A stretch of 44,168 nt of DNA, the filler included, from Sphacelaria rigidula (Eukaryota), in assembly GCA_964200075.2 (NCBI GenBank). It is 2 parts of 2 records of this genome, joined end to end, with 100 filler letters (N's around TTAATTAATTAA, not from the genome) between each part and the next. Parts side by side here need not be neighbours in the genome. Positions count along the whole stretch, not along the records: positions 22,136 to 44,168 come from CAXNAA020000364.1; 1 more part is not named here. The stretch is one strand, 5' to 3'. Shown here piece by piece: positions 23,963 through 34,386 of this stretch. A program made the position numbers and the translations under genes. Below the pieces are notes generated by a model. That model ran no database searches. It had not been told where the DNA came from and saw only the letters and a list, made by a program, of their open reading frames with translations. Position 1 is the first letter of the stretch. Each line of letters starts with the position of its first letter.

Positions 23963-24463
23963 GGCCGCTCCTTATAGCAGACAAAAATATGAATATGGAA
24001 AGGTGCCTTTTGGAGCTTCTAAGTCGTTTTACGCCCTAAAAGAGAGCTAGGCGGATTTTGACACCTTGGAATGCCTTACTAAACTCGTTGAGACGGTTTC
24101 AGTACACCTGTGCGTTTTTCCGGTGGCAGCATTTTTTTTCTTGCCCACACTTGCATTTTTCTCGGAGATTGCTCATTTTTCTTCGGAAGCCGGTCAACCG
24201 CAGAAAAATTTCGCGAATTTATGTGGACTTGATTGATCTCCGAGAAAAATGAGCGATCTCCGAGAAAAATGCAAGTCTCGGCAAGAAAAAAACTGCCGCC
24301 ACCGGAAAAACGCACAGGTGTGCTCAAACCGTCTCAATGAGTACAGCAAGGCATTCCAAGGTGTCAAAATCCGCCTAGCTCTCCTTTACGGCGCGAAACG
24401 ACTTCGAAGCTCCAAAAAGGCGCTTTTCCAGGTTTGTGTTTTTGCCTGCTATAAGGAGCGGCC
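23963..24463. mobile_element. PIF/Harbinger-type foldback MITE
   Basis: TIR GGCCGCTCCTTATAGCAG / CTGCTATAAGGAGCGGCC extending into ~230-bp arms; flanked by TTA on the left and TCA on the right (TWA-like 3-bp TSD with one mismatch). Confidence 0.8.
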
Positions 24464-25021
24464 TCAGCGGCGCTTTTTGAGTGAAAAATTGATATTTCTC
24501 TTGGCTCGTATCGAAGTTTCTCAGCTCAATATTTAGAATTGTGATTTGAAATTGAGTATGGAGAACTGCAAGAGCATACTGAAAGCAAGGAGAAGTGGGC
24601 CTTCATTTTTTTATTGGTGAGTTAAGGATGTTCTCGTGGAAATGGTCTTCACAAAACTAAAACGCCCTTATCTCATGAAAAAAAGAAGTCGGCATGTCCC
24701 TCTTATATTTATATATTATGCCCCGGCGATCACCCACACAAAATTTCGAGCACAACCAAAATTGGGCTGGTAAATGGCCTGCAAAATACTGTTTCGAATT
24801 TCCACCGACAAATATTGACCTCACCCGTTCTAACCTCAATTTTGAGAGTTAGACTTTCAACTTTGAGCTGGAGAGTGAAGAGGACATATTAAAAAACGAC
24901 GATCTTGGGGGCCAAAATGTTTCGTTTTTCATGATTTACGCATGTTATACCGAAAACTGTACTTGTACAGTTGCCCTTTGTTAAGATGAGAAGAAAAGAA
25001 GAAATGTAAATTTTGGCCCCA

Positions 25022-25043
25022 ATATATATATATATATATATAT
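25022..25043 (+). repeat. (AT)n microsatellite
   Basis: atatat.. run seen directly. Confidence 0.9.
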
Positions 25044-25078
25044 TCATTATCCATTGTTCATTCTCCATACCAAACTTT

Positions 25079-25499
25079 CAGGGATATACACGTTACACGT
25101 GAAGTTTTTACGTGACATATTCGAAAAAACGTAACTTTGGGTCATATAACGCTACGTGAGGTTTGATTTTTTGGACGAGACAAATGTAACGTAACGTGAT
25201 ATAACGTGCGGTCCTTTGTATGAACCCCAGCATAGCATTTCACTTTCCAAATGTGACGAATATTCTGCTTGTTTTCGTGGATATGCAACGTGTAACGTGC
25301 CACGTAAAAGTTCACAAAAAACAGCCTTTTTTTACATCTGGAAAATCCCAAGAGACACTACTTCAAGGTCAACACGTTACATCACGTTACGTTACATGTG
25401 TCCCGTCCAAAAATTCAAACTCTACGTAGCGTTAAATGACCCAAAGTTAAGTTTTTTCGTTTTTTCAAATGTGTCACGTGTGTAGCGTGTATATCCCTA
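25079..25499. mobile_element. hAT-like MITE with ACGT-rich subterminal motifs
   Basis: TIR (C/T)AGGGATATACACG at both ends; internal inverted arms; many ACGTTAC motifs. Confidence 0.7.
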
Positions 25500-26299
25500 A
25501 AATGTTTTAAGTTCAACTCTCAAAATAATTGAGATGAGAACAAGCCTTCAACCTGCAGAACCGCTTGTAGGCTGACCCAGCCGTATATTTCAACGTCTGT
25601 CCTGCTTCGAGACGCTTGATTACTTTGATGCACCTCTAACACAACAAACCACAGCCCAACAACGGCGCTGAATCAGCAGCTTCGACCCTCAGAACATCCA
25701 TCGTCCCCTAAACCTGAGTCAAGCGGCAAGCCGCCGATCGCCAAAACATATTCTCGCGCCACGCCCCGAAAGACAAAATCTCTTTGACTCCCCTGTGTCC
25801 ACATCACCCTCCCCTCTCCTCCCCCCGCCCGCCCCCTGTGAGTCTCTTTGTGCATCACCAGCGAGGAGAGATTCGTAACGGTAATCCTTTTCTACAGCTG
25901 GAGATCGGGACGTTTTTTGCACATATTTTCATACGTTTCGTGCGTGTGTTGGGCCCCCGAGCGAGCACCCCTCGCAGAAGATTTGTCTGCAAGCTTTTTT
26001 AACTCTGCTCGCTGGTCGCCTTCCATTTCCTAGGCTTTTGACGTGCCCGCTCAACGTCGGAGACTGTTCGTTTGTAGCATTGATCAGGCCCAATATTTCA
26101 GCCCGGAACCCCTTGCTTAGTAAGTATACAGTGTCATCTCTTGGTGTCGCCAATGTGGAAAATGATGAACCCTCGATAGAAACTTGTGGAAATTTTCTCC
26201 TTCTCTGTGTCAGCATTCCGCGTGGGCCCGCTTTTCCGATTTTAGAGCCATACACTTTTGGTCAATGCTCACTTACTTGTCGAAAATCAATCGGGAGGG

Positions 26300-27400
26300 C
26301 ATAGCGGTGTTCGTTTTCGTTCATGAAAGAAGTGCGAACTCGCCCACGATCTGGTTTACGGGGTTGGAGCGCCGCAAACTTGCGGCAGCAAGCACCACGT
26401 TTTCTTGTCATAATTGTCATATCTTTAGCGCGCAGCTGCCTCCAACCAAAGAGTCATTAAGGATGACCTACGGTGCAGTGTGGTACAGCAATGTGTCATT
26501 GCTGGAGAAGCGACGATATGAATGTTGTCATGACGTGACGATCGACGATGTCTTGAGTGCCCAATGCAAGGTGAATGCTGATGTGCATTCGAGTTTGCTT
26601 GACAGTTGTTTTTACCGTGTTGAAATTGCATCGTCGCACTGCGATTTCCGACATTGCTGCTTGGGGGAAAGCGCTATCGACAGCGCAGTGGCGTGACAAC
26701 GCTCTGTTGCAATGCCTCGCCGCGAAGCTTCTAGTCGCCAACCCGTATGTGTGTGTACTGTTGTGGTAGTCTTTCCCACAGCAACGGTGTTGGTGCTTTT
26801 GTGGAATACGTGTCCATGTGCGTGAAGGATGAAATAAAGAGGTCAACAAAGTGCGATAACCTCGGCTGCTCGATCCGCTCCCTGCCGCGCTCTCATAGTT
26901 CACGGCGAAAAGCATCCTCTCTTTGGGTCATATCGACCACTGTCGCCTGTTTCATCACGTTGGTTTCTTCGCTCCACTCGTGAATCTGGAATGCCTGTTT
27001 CAAAGTTTTCTCAGCAGGCATACATGCATAGCGAATGCGCAGATGCGAGCAAAAATGCACCAAAGGGTGGCAAAGTCTGAACCCTCTGGAGGCGTTTAAT
27101 TCCTTTGGAGGCTGGGAAAGTTGACCGGAACGAAGTATTTTCGGGGGTAGCCGAATGGCCGCGTGTGGTGCCTTGGCTGCGAGGTGATACGTGGTCCGCT
27201 GCTTGCCACTCAAAGAGCTTGTGCAACTGCGCCATCGTCTCCTGATGTAGAGCTCAAGTCCTTGTGGATCGTGCCATTACTGTATGCAAGTGATTCTGAC
27301 GCTCGGCACGAAGAGAAATAGGAAATGCACGATGATAGCCAGAGCGCGTCATCTCCATGGTCCCATGAGGTGATTAAACTGAGCTCCCACCCCAGCATGA
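26300..27400 (-). pseudogene. Possible degenerate KDZ (Kyakuja-Dileera-Zisupton)-type transposase
   Basis: Frameshifted minus-strand fragments in order: CCGKDYHNSTHTYGL, DIVDRH, THCC..LH, KFAALQP. These resemble KDZ core motifs (CxK..TxG, VDRFH, NHxC). Confidence 0.3.
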
Positions 27401-27619
27401 CCCAAGTCAAAGAGTGTCGAATACGCGGTCCGTCTTCTTTTCACGCACTTTGCCTGCTTAAACCAGCCTTGACTGTCCACAAGTTTTTGTGTGTTCGTGG
27501 ACGCTCAGAGACAACTAGTGTATTACAATATTGTGTAGCCGACAATATGCCTATTGTCGGGGCAACTTGTTCCTCTTGGAGAAGAGCAAATATGCCATAA
27601 ATTTCGCTAACTCCCGAGT

Positions 27620-28290
27620 CATGACATCTTCTCCTCTAGCTGGATCTGAATATACCTCCCTACCGACGCCGTCTCGTCTGAATCGCCTCCATGAATTCAA
27701 GCCCCACTATAAGTGGCCGAAATCGATAGCGCAACTCCGACGCGTGCGAGAATGTCCTCGAGGCCTCGGAACAAGTTGTCACCCTCCTCGCCCAAACTCG
27801 CCACCTGCTACGATAGAAAGGAGTGTATGGCGTGCAATTACGCTGCAGCGAGATTTTCCCGATAATGTTTTCAACACCTGCGATTTAGTATGCCTTGTGA
27901 CACCACCTGTCCCTCAGTTCAAGTATCCCAAGCAAACGCATCAAAGGTGCCGCTCTTGGATCCCGGGCGCTGCCACAGCGGTTGACCCACGCGACAGCGG
28001 CTGCATTATCTCTCTTCAACTGTACCGGACCGTTTTCCGCTCGGGACAAAAATCGCCCGCGAATACGATCGCCGTCCAAGCTGACATTGCCATTCCCAAC
28101 AGTTCCAGTAAATCGATATCAACTGCGCTATTCTGGGTGCATTGCCGGTTTGCTCACGTGCATGTGTACTTGTCGAGTGCTCGGCGATACTGCCACCAGA
28201 CGGCGAGCTCGGGGCAATACTCGCCTACTGCCGGCAGAGATGCGTCCAAGACCCAGTGCCTTGTTACAGGCCGTGGGATATGACTGATTG
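27620..28290 (-). mobile_element. DIRS/Ngaro-type tyrosine-recombinase retrotransposon fragment (RNase H domain)
   Basis: Minus strand: LDASLPAVGEYCPELAVWW, IDLLELLGMAMSAW, VQLKRDNAAAVAWVNRCGSARDPRAAPLMRLLGILE..W..AY*IAGVEN. This matches the DIRS1-type RNase HI signature; frameshifts and stops are present. Confidence 0.8.
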
Positions 28291-28559
28291 TTGGTGAATG
28301 AATGCATTATGCTGCTGGCTGAAAACACCAAACGAACCTCCACTACTGTACTGTAAATCCCATCAACATTATCGGGACAGCTGTATCTTCCCTTTCTCCG
28401 GCGACCAGAACAACCATTTATATCCGATTATGCATAATCCGATCCGTACTCTACTATAATCCGGCCGTTCACGGCCGCATATGGTAACAATTCGTCCCTA
28501 TCCACAAAACCTCAGATCCCGCTACGCTTTGATACTCCGCGTACTTCCAACAGGCTTCC

Positions 28560-28870
28560 GGGTGACGTCATCTTGACACTTTTTCTTCTGCTGGTGCACC
28601 TGACGGACAAGTCGCTGCTTCATGACCACATGGTGGCGGAATTCCGAAAATAAACGCCGATGGGACAGCGTGTATCGCCTCATGGGTGAAACAACTGCGG
28701 GCAAAATATTCTTCAGAACACACTAAGCCCTCAGGAACACTGCTGAAGATGGATCGTGTCACAACTCGTGTGAGTGCTCAGTGGAAATCCTGCGACGTTG
28801 CAAACGGGGTGGAAATGGTGGTGAATGTTCGAACGAGTCATAGCCCGGTTTATCGACCACACGGATGCGG
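28560..28870 (+). pseudogene. Degenerate LINE RT fragment
   Basis: Residual WDSVYR and KSCDVANGV..SP resemble the 'AYDTVWR' and 'GVxQGxxLSP' RT motifs. Confidence 0.3.
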
Positions 28871-30477
28871 CTGATTGCTCATCGGAGTGAGGGAAGGAGT
28901 AGCGCCTCAGGGAGCAAAGAGGACAGGGGTGAGGAAGGAAAAGTGAAGGCCTAGCACACAGTAAGGTTCACCTCCGGTCACGGAGTTGCCAAAGGTGATG
29001 TGCCGTAGACCGCCCTCGGAGCAAATGAAAATACCCTGAAGTCTCTGTAACCGTCATGATATGAGCTATCGTGTCCTGTGCATGATTGTGAAGGTTCGAC
29101 TTCTACAACAAGCTTATCTACCAATGTATTCCCTATTTCGAGAGCATACAGCGTCGCATCACTTCGGGTGCTTCCTTTGTTGCTCCTAGGCTGAACGTAC
29201 CACCAGGGTGCGCATGCCGCTGATGCTGTTATCGATGTATGCTCAAGAGGCATGATTTGACGGCGACAGAAAGTCTTGGTTTTGCCCAACATCAACAAAA
29301 ACTACCTCAACCCTAGGAGCATATTAAAGGATTTTTTTTCACGTCCTTACTTTCTAGTGCCTCCATGTGTGGGCACAGGAGGAAACCCTCACCTACGAGA
29401 ATCTCTTTCAAGATGGGAACGGCAGCCGATATGGCGACATCTCCGCCAAGCTGCAGCAACGAACGAAAAACGCCATGTAAAAGAACGCCATGGCATCATT
29501 ACTGCCGGGCTCCAGTTCCAAAGGCAGCGCACAATTATGCTTTAGATCCATGTTTTCTTTAAGCGCAGGATAGATAGCACCGCTGCTGCATCGGTAGGAG
29601 AGATGGTAGCGCCCACAAGTAGGCTGTTTATCGAGTTGGAGCTGATCATCCAGTAGATATAGTAATCAATCCCAAAAGGCATTGAGTGGAACTCCTGTCG
29701 TATTGCCTGGCTACTTGAGCGTTGTTAACTGTTACTCTGTAAAGGGTTCACATCTTTCCTACTTGGATAGGGTCTGTTCCCACTCCTTTGGTGTAGGTGG
29801 GGGTTTTGTGTTGCCAGTGATCCAGGAAGTTATTGGGTAGTAAAATTCGAATAAGAAAATCAGAGCTTCCGTCGACGTTGATTTCTGCAAAGTTATGGCC
29901 TTCTTTAGCCTGGGCAAAGTATTTCTTCATGGCTTGCAGTTCTTCCTAAAGGGCTTGCCTATTCTCCTTATAAGGGGTGGCCGTGAAGGTGATGTATTTT
30001 ATGCTTCACTTTCCTCTACCCAATAGGTGCTTTCGTACGCTACGAGATAGTGACTGCAACAACAGAAGCATTCTGTATGGATGACATAGAACACCCCTCC
30101 GACGAAAATTCATCGGACATCCCCCACCACATCCGCCGCGTTGAAGCGTGGTAGAACTTGCGTTGCGCCCTCAGGGGCAAATGGGTGGAGCCCTGGCTTA
30201 GTAGTTTCCCTTCGTACGTGGTGCGTTCTACGGAACCTTCTCCCAGCAAACTGTTCGCCAATATTCGATTTACGCCGCCCTTTCGGCTGCATTTCGTCGA
30301 AATCCGTTGATTGGGCGGCATGGTTCGCCAAGTCAAGGAAACTGGTATCCAGGACCCAAGCAACATGCCAGCTGAGCGTGTGGTGCAAGTTCTGCAACGA
30401 TTAACGCGGTGGAAGAGCTAGGAAGTGCCATGGATCTATAGCTCATTGTAGCAATCACACGGACACGACCGAGATAG

Positions 30478-30612
30478 CTGATCGGAAATGAAGGGTAGGT
30501 ATCGTATTACCTCTTCGCCTTATGAGAAAAAATAAAGCCGATCGGAGATGAAGGGTAGGCATTGCATTACCTCTTCGCCTTATGAAAAAAAATAGGGCGA
30601 ATGTGACGTGAA
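30478..30612 (+). repeat. 60-bp tandem repeat (2 copies plus a partial)
   Basis: gatcgga(a/g)atgaagggtagg..attacctcttcgccttatga(a/g)aaaaaata repeated with a 60-nt period. Confidence 0.85.
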
Positions 30613-31162
30613 GAGAGTGAATACCTACGCACGTGGTGCAGTCCACGTCCGGTCACGCAGTGACCAAAGGTGACATGCCACAGACCGTTCTCGGAATACC
30701 CGATCAAGGTAGATAATGTTGCAACAACCCGAAGTCTCCGTGACCGTCATGGCACGACATTCTACGAGCTGGGCCGGCGAAGGCTCCTCTTATACAGCCC
30801 ATCGGGCATCAGCGGATAATTTTTTCAATTTTCGAGGTAAAGCATTAACAACATATATAGCGACAAAACATAGGGTACCCTCTGTCTGGAATCAGAACTG
30901 TTTTTATTTCAAACACCATCTCTGGTCGATGTAAGTTTTTGGACAGTTTCCAGCCCCCTCAACTCTTAGACGACGACAGTATGTCATCTGTTGGATCGGC
31001 ATCAACTTCCTTGAAAAAGGTAGGCGTGGTCCAGATGGACTACCCTCGCGGTCTAAGGGTTAATTAAGTAGTACCAGTATAAAAAAAGGATAATTGATCC
31101 CAAGCCAAGGGTAAGCCCTCGTTTTTTTTATCTGGTGTGAACGTTTCAAGGGTCGGACGAAG

Positions 31163-32972
31163 AAGAGTTCATACGGGTTGACTCCTCATGCGTGTTGTGT
31201 ATGATTCATGTGCCAGGGGGTAATTGTGTGAGTCACGGATGAGAAAATTGTACGCTCGAGGTAGTACCGCATGTATACAAACGGGATGCTGTGCGTTCCA
31301 AGCAGTGCCACACGAATGAGGAATGCAAAACATGTACGAATGACTGGTGGTGAAGGTGTCAATTTCATTCATTTCGCACGAATCGCGAGTGGGATCAATG
31401 TACACACGAATCATGCCGTACGAATAGCAGGTGGGGAACATGTGCATGTGATTCACGCCGTCTGAGTGGCAGGTGATGAACATGTACGTTCGATTCATGG
31501 CACATGAATCACTGGTAGGAAGCGAGAACGAATTGCGGCTTCCATTCAGCACCGAGCGTACGATGCGATTCCTGCAAACAACCGAGCACTTACTCTACCG
31601 ATAATTAGCGTCCTATAACTCTTGCGCCTTAGTCATCTTCGCTGCCTGAATAAGTCATCCGTTGAATCGGCTTATTTTCCCTGAGAAAATTATGAACTAG
31701 ATGATCCACCCTGGCGGTGAAATGGTTAACTCGTGACCCCCAGTGTGGATCATTTGGGCTCTGGATTATTTTTCAAGTAGAAATGATGCCGATTCAACAA
31801 ATGAGGTACCCTAGCGGTCAAAGAGGTCAATTCATCCATTCGTCCCGAATAGTCGGACAGGCCTTTGTGGTTTTATGTTGTGTACAGAGGTAAAGTTAGC
31901 CTGAATATACTGTATACAACACCACGAAACCGGCGAAGACAGCACCACCAGCAAGAGGAGGAGTTTTTGGTAAAGCTCCGTCAGCGTACACTGCACAGTC
32001 CGCAGATGGTACGGTATAACGTACCACAGCGCAGCATGCATCTGCGTGCCCAGATCGATTCTTCTAGCTGTTTGTTTTCCCAAGCTGAGCTATTGACGGC
32101 CAAAGGGTATGTCAAAAATACAGCTATATTGTTCGGCGATGCAGTTGAGTTTGTGAAACAGTTCGAAGACAGCTTCACGCAGCACCAGTACCGAAAAAGT
32201 CGTCCCCGCATGTTCTCGTGAGTTTTCGGAAACACTCGGGCAGTGCACACTGCGGTTTGCAGACAGCACGATACAGTACAGCATCAAAGTATTACTAAAC
32301 CTTTCATTCACACGGCATGAGTCATAGGTTTATTTTCCCCCCCTTTCATTTGTGCAGCTTGAATCGCATGCACGTGTTTTCCACCTTCCATTCATGCGAG
32401 ATGAATGTTCAAGGGTACATGCTTCCCACTTTCCTTTCATACGGCATGAATCATAGGTACATATCTCTTCCCTTTCATTCCTCCAGCATGAACCACATGT
32501 TCATATTCCTCACCTTCCATTCACATGAGGTGAATCAACCGTATATGATTCCGGATTTCATTCATGCGCCATGGATCATACTTATGTGTTCCCCGCCTTC
32601 CATTCACACGACGTGAACCGATCGTACATGTTTCCGAATTTCCGTTCATGCAGCATGAATCATACGTACATATTCCCCACCTTTCATTCATACGAGATGA
32701 ATCAAGTGTACATGTTCTTCACCCACGATTCATGCGAGATTAATCAAGTTTACATGTTTCCCACCAATGATTGGTACAGAAACTGTGACTTGTACATATT
32801 TGGCACCCTTCATTCGTGTGACACTACTTGGGGTATACACATCCCCAGTTTGTGATTCGTGCAGTACGACCTTGAACATACAATTTCTCCTTTCGCGATC
32901 CACCCTGGCTGCCTCTTTGGTACATGATTCGTACTCAACGTTTATGGGGAGTTACTCCATATATGAACACTG
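31163..32972. mobile_element. Foldback element with long arms made of degenerate ~36-37-bp tandem repeats (hAT-like CAGTGTT end)
   Basis: Left array ~31170-31520 is the reverse complement of right array ~32305-32960 (unit approx. cattcatgcgagatgaatcatacgtacatgttccccacctt). Termini aagagttcata / tatgaacactg. Confidence 0.7.
31655..31804. mobile_element. Small hairpin MITE nested in the foldback element
   Basis: TIR tcatccgttgaatcggc / gccgattcaacaaatga; inner arms atgatccac / gtggatcat. Confidence 0.6.
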
Positions 32973-33080
32973 ATTTTTCCGGACCGTAGAATCCTATCTC
33001 ATTTTTACACCTTTACGTGACCCTAACAAAATCGGCCTCCTGGGTTACATTTGCTTTCGGGGTCCGCTGAGTGATAATCC

Positions 33081-33984
33081 GTCACATCACGAACCCGCAA
33101 AGGGCACAATGAAATACATGGCGCTCGACGATGTCCCAGTAGAAACTTGGGTTCCTGCGTTTCCTTTGTGCGCTTCGGTTATGAGCATCCCACCATGCGG
33201 AGTGCCCGGCGTCGAACCTGCCGGCGCATTTTAGAGCACAAGTTCCCCGGAGGTGCTCTACATCTTTGCTGAAGACGACGAGGCGAGCACACGGGAGGGG
33301 CCGCGCATGAATCCCTCCCAAGATGCGTACAGTGTAGGGCTGATGGTCCAGATGCTTTCATCTCCGTTAAATATGCCGACGACTGGCCGACCCATCGGTG
33401 ATTGGTCAGTCGTCGGCACGTTTAATCGAGAAAAAAACATATGAACTATCAGCCCTATGCTGTACGTATCTTGGCAGGGGTTCATGTACGGCCTTTCGCG
33501 ATTGCTCGCCTCACCGGCTCCAAGGACGTGCTTCAAACCTTCGAGCTAAACGGTGAGGTGAGCGCTCGCGAGAGGTCGCGTACGTATCCATTTGAAGACG
33601 CGTACAGCGTAGGGCTGATGGTCCAGATGTTTTTACCTCGGTCGAACCTGCCGACGAACCACCCGTCATCGGAATGTTTGAACGGCATAAAAGCATTCGG
33701 ATCATCAGCCCTACGCTCTATGCATCTTGAAATGGGTGCGTACGGAGCCTCTCACGAGTCCTCGCCTCATCATCCAGCGCAAAAGTATGAGGCATCCCCG
33801 GGGATCTGGTGCTCCAAGAAGTCCCGATGCTCGTTAGGAGCCGCGCGTGCACTCCTCGTAGGATGTGTGCAGCGCAGGGCTCATAGCGCTCATGATTCCT
33901 GCCGAACGTGCGGACGACCGACCCATCGGTGGGTACTTGGTATTATCATTCGCAAAGACTGGACATCTACGTGGCGAATGTGAC
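33081..33984. repeat. Multi-arm foldback element (four alternating ~110-bp units inside an outer inverted repeat)
   Basis: The unit containing gcgtacagcgtagggctgatggtccagatg occurs +,-,+,- at ~33280, ~33410, ~33555 and ~33690; outer arms gagcacaagttccccgg / ccgggatctggtgctc. Confidence 0.7.
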
Positions 33985-34386
33985 TGTTTGGCGGTACTAG
34001 ATATTCTGATCATCGTTTCGAGGAACTAGAGTACCCAATTTTTCTTGCTTGCGCAATTAACCACACGGACAAGGGACCGCATATCTTTCAGTCAAGCCCA
34101 CCCACACCGGCTGCTTTCCTTTCTTGCCTTCTAGAGAAATTTCAGATAATGACAAAATTCTACCACAAAGGATCATGGACGTCACAGGAGTCACATGCAA
34201 CACGTACACAACTTGGTACGTTAATTGATCTCCTAACCTTCTGTGTGGGACGCGACGCGGTCTCGAGGTAACTGCAAACGTTAGCCGCCTCACTGGTGTT
34301 TTTCAGCTGTTCGGGGTGTGTACTCTGGCCGTCATTGTTACCTAGTTCAGGTACACGGTTGCAGTCGGAACAATGTGTCGTAGACG

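Noticed and set aside
29600-30400. Minus-strand protein-like fragments (ORFs 29748-29930 and 30110-30397)
   Set aside because: Probably a decayed TE or gene, but no motif could be assigned.
32305-32960. Array of ~36-37-bp repeats resembling a CRISPR array
   Set aside because: Units are directly tandem and degenerate with no unique spacers, there are no cas genes, and the array is mirrored in inverted form at ~31170-31520 as a TE arm.
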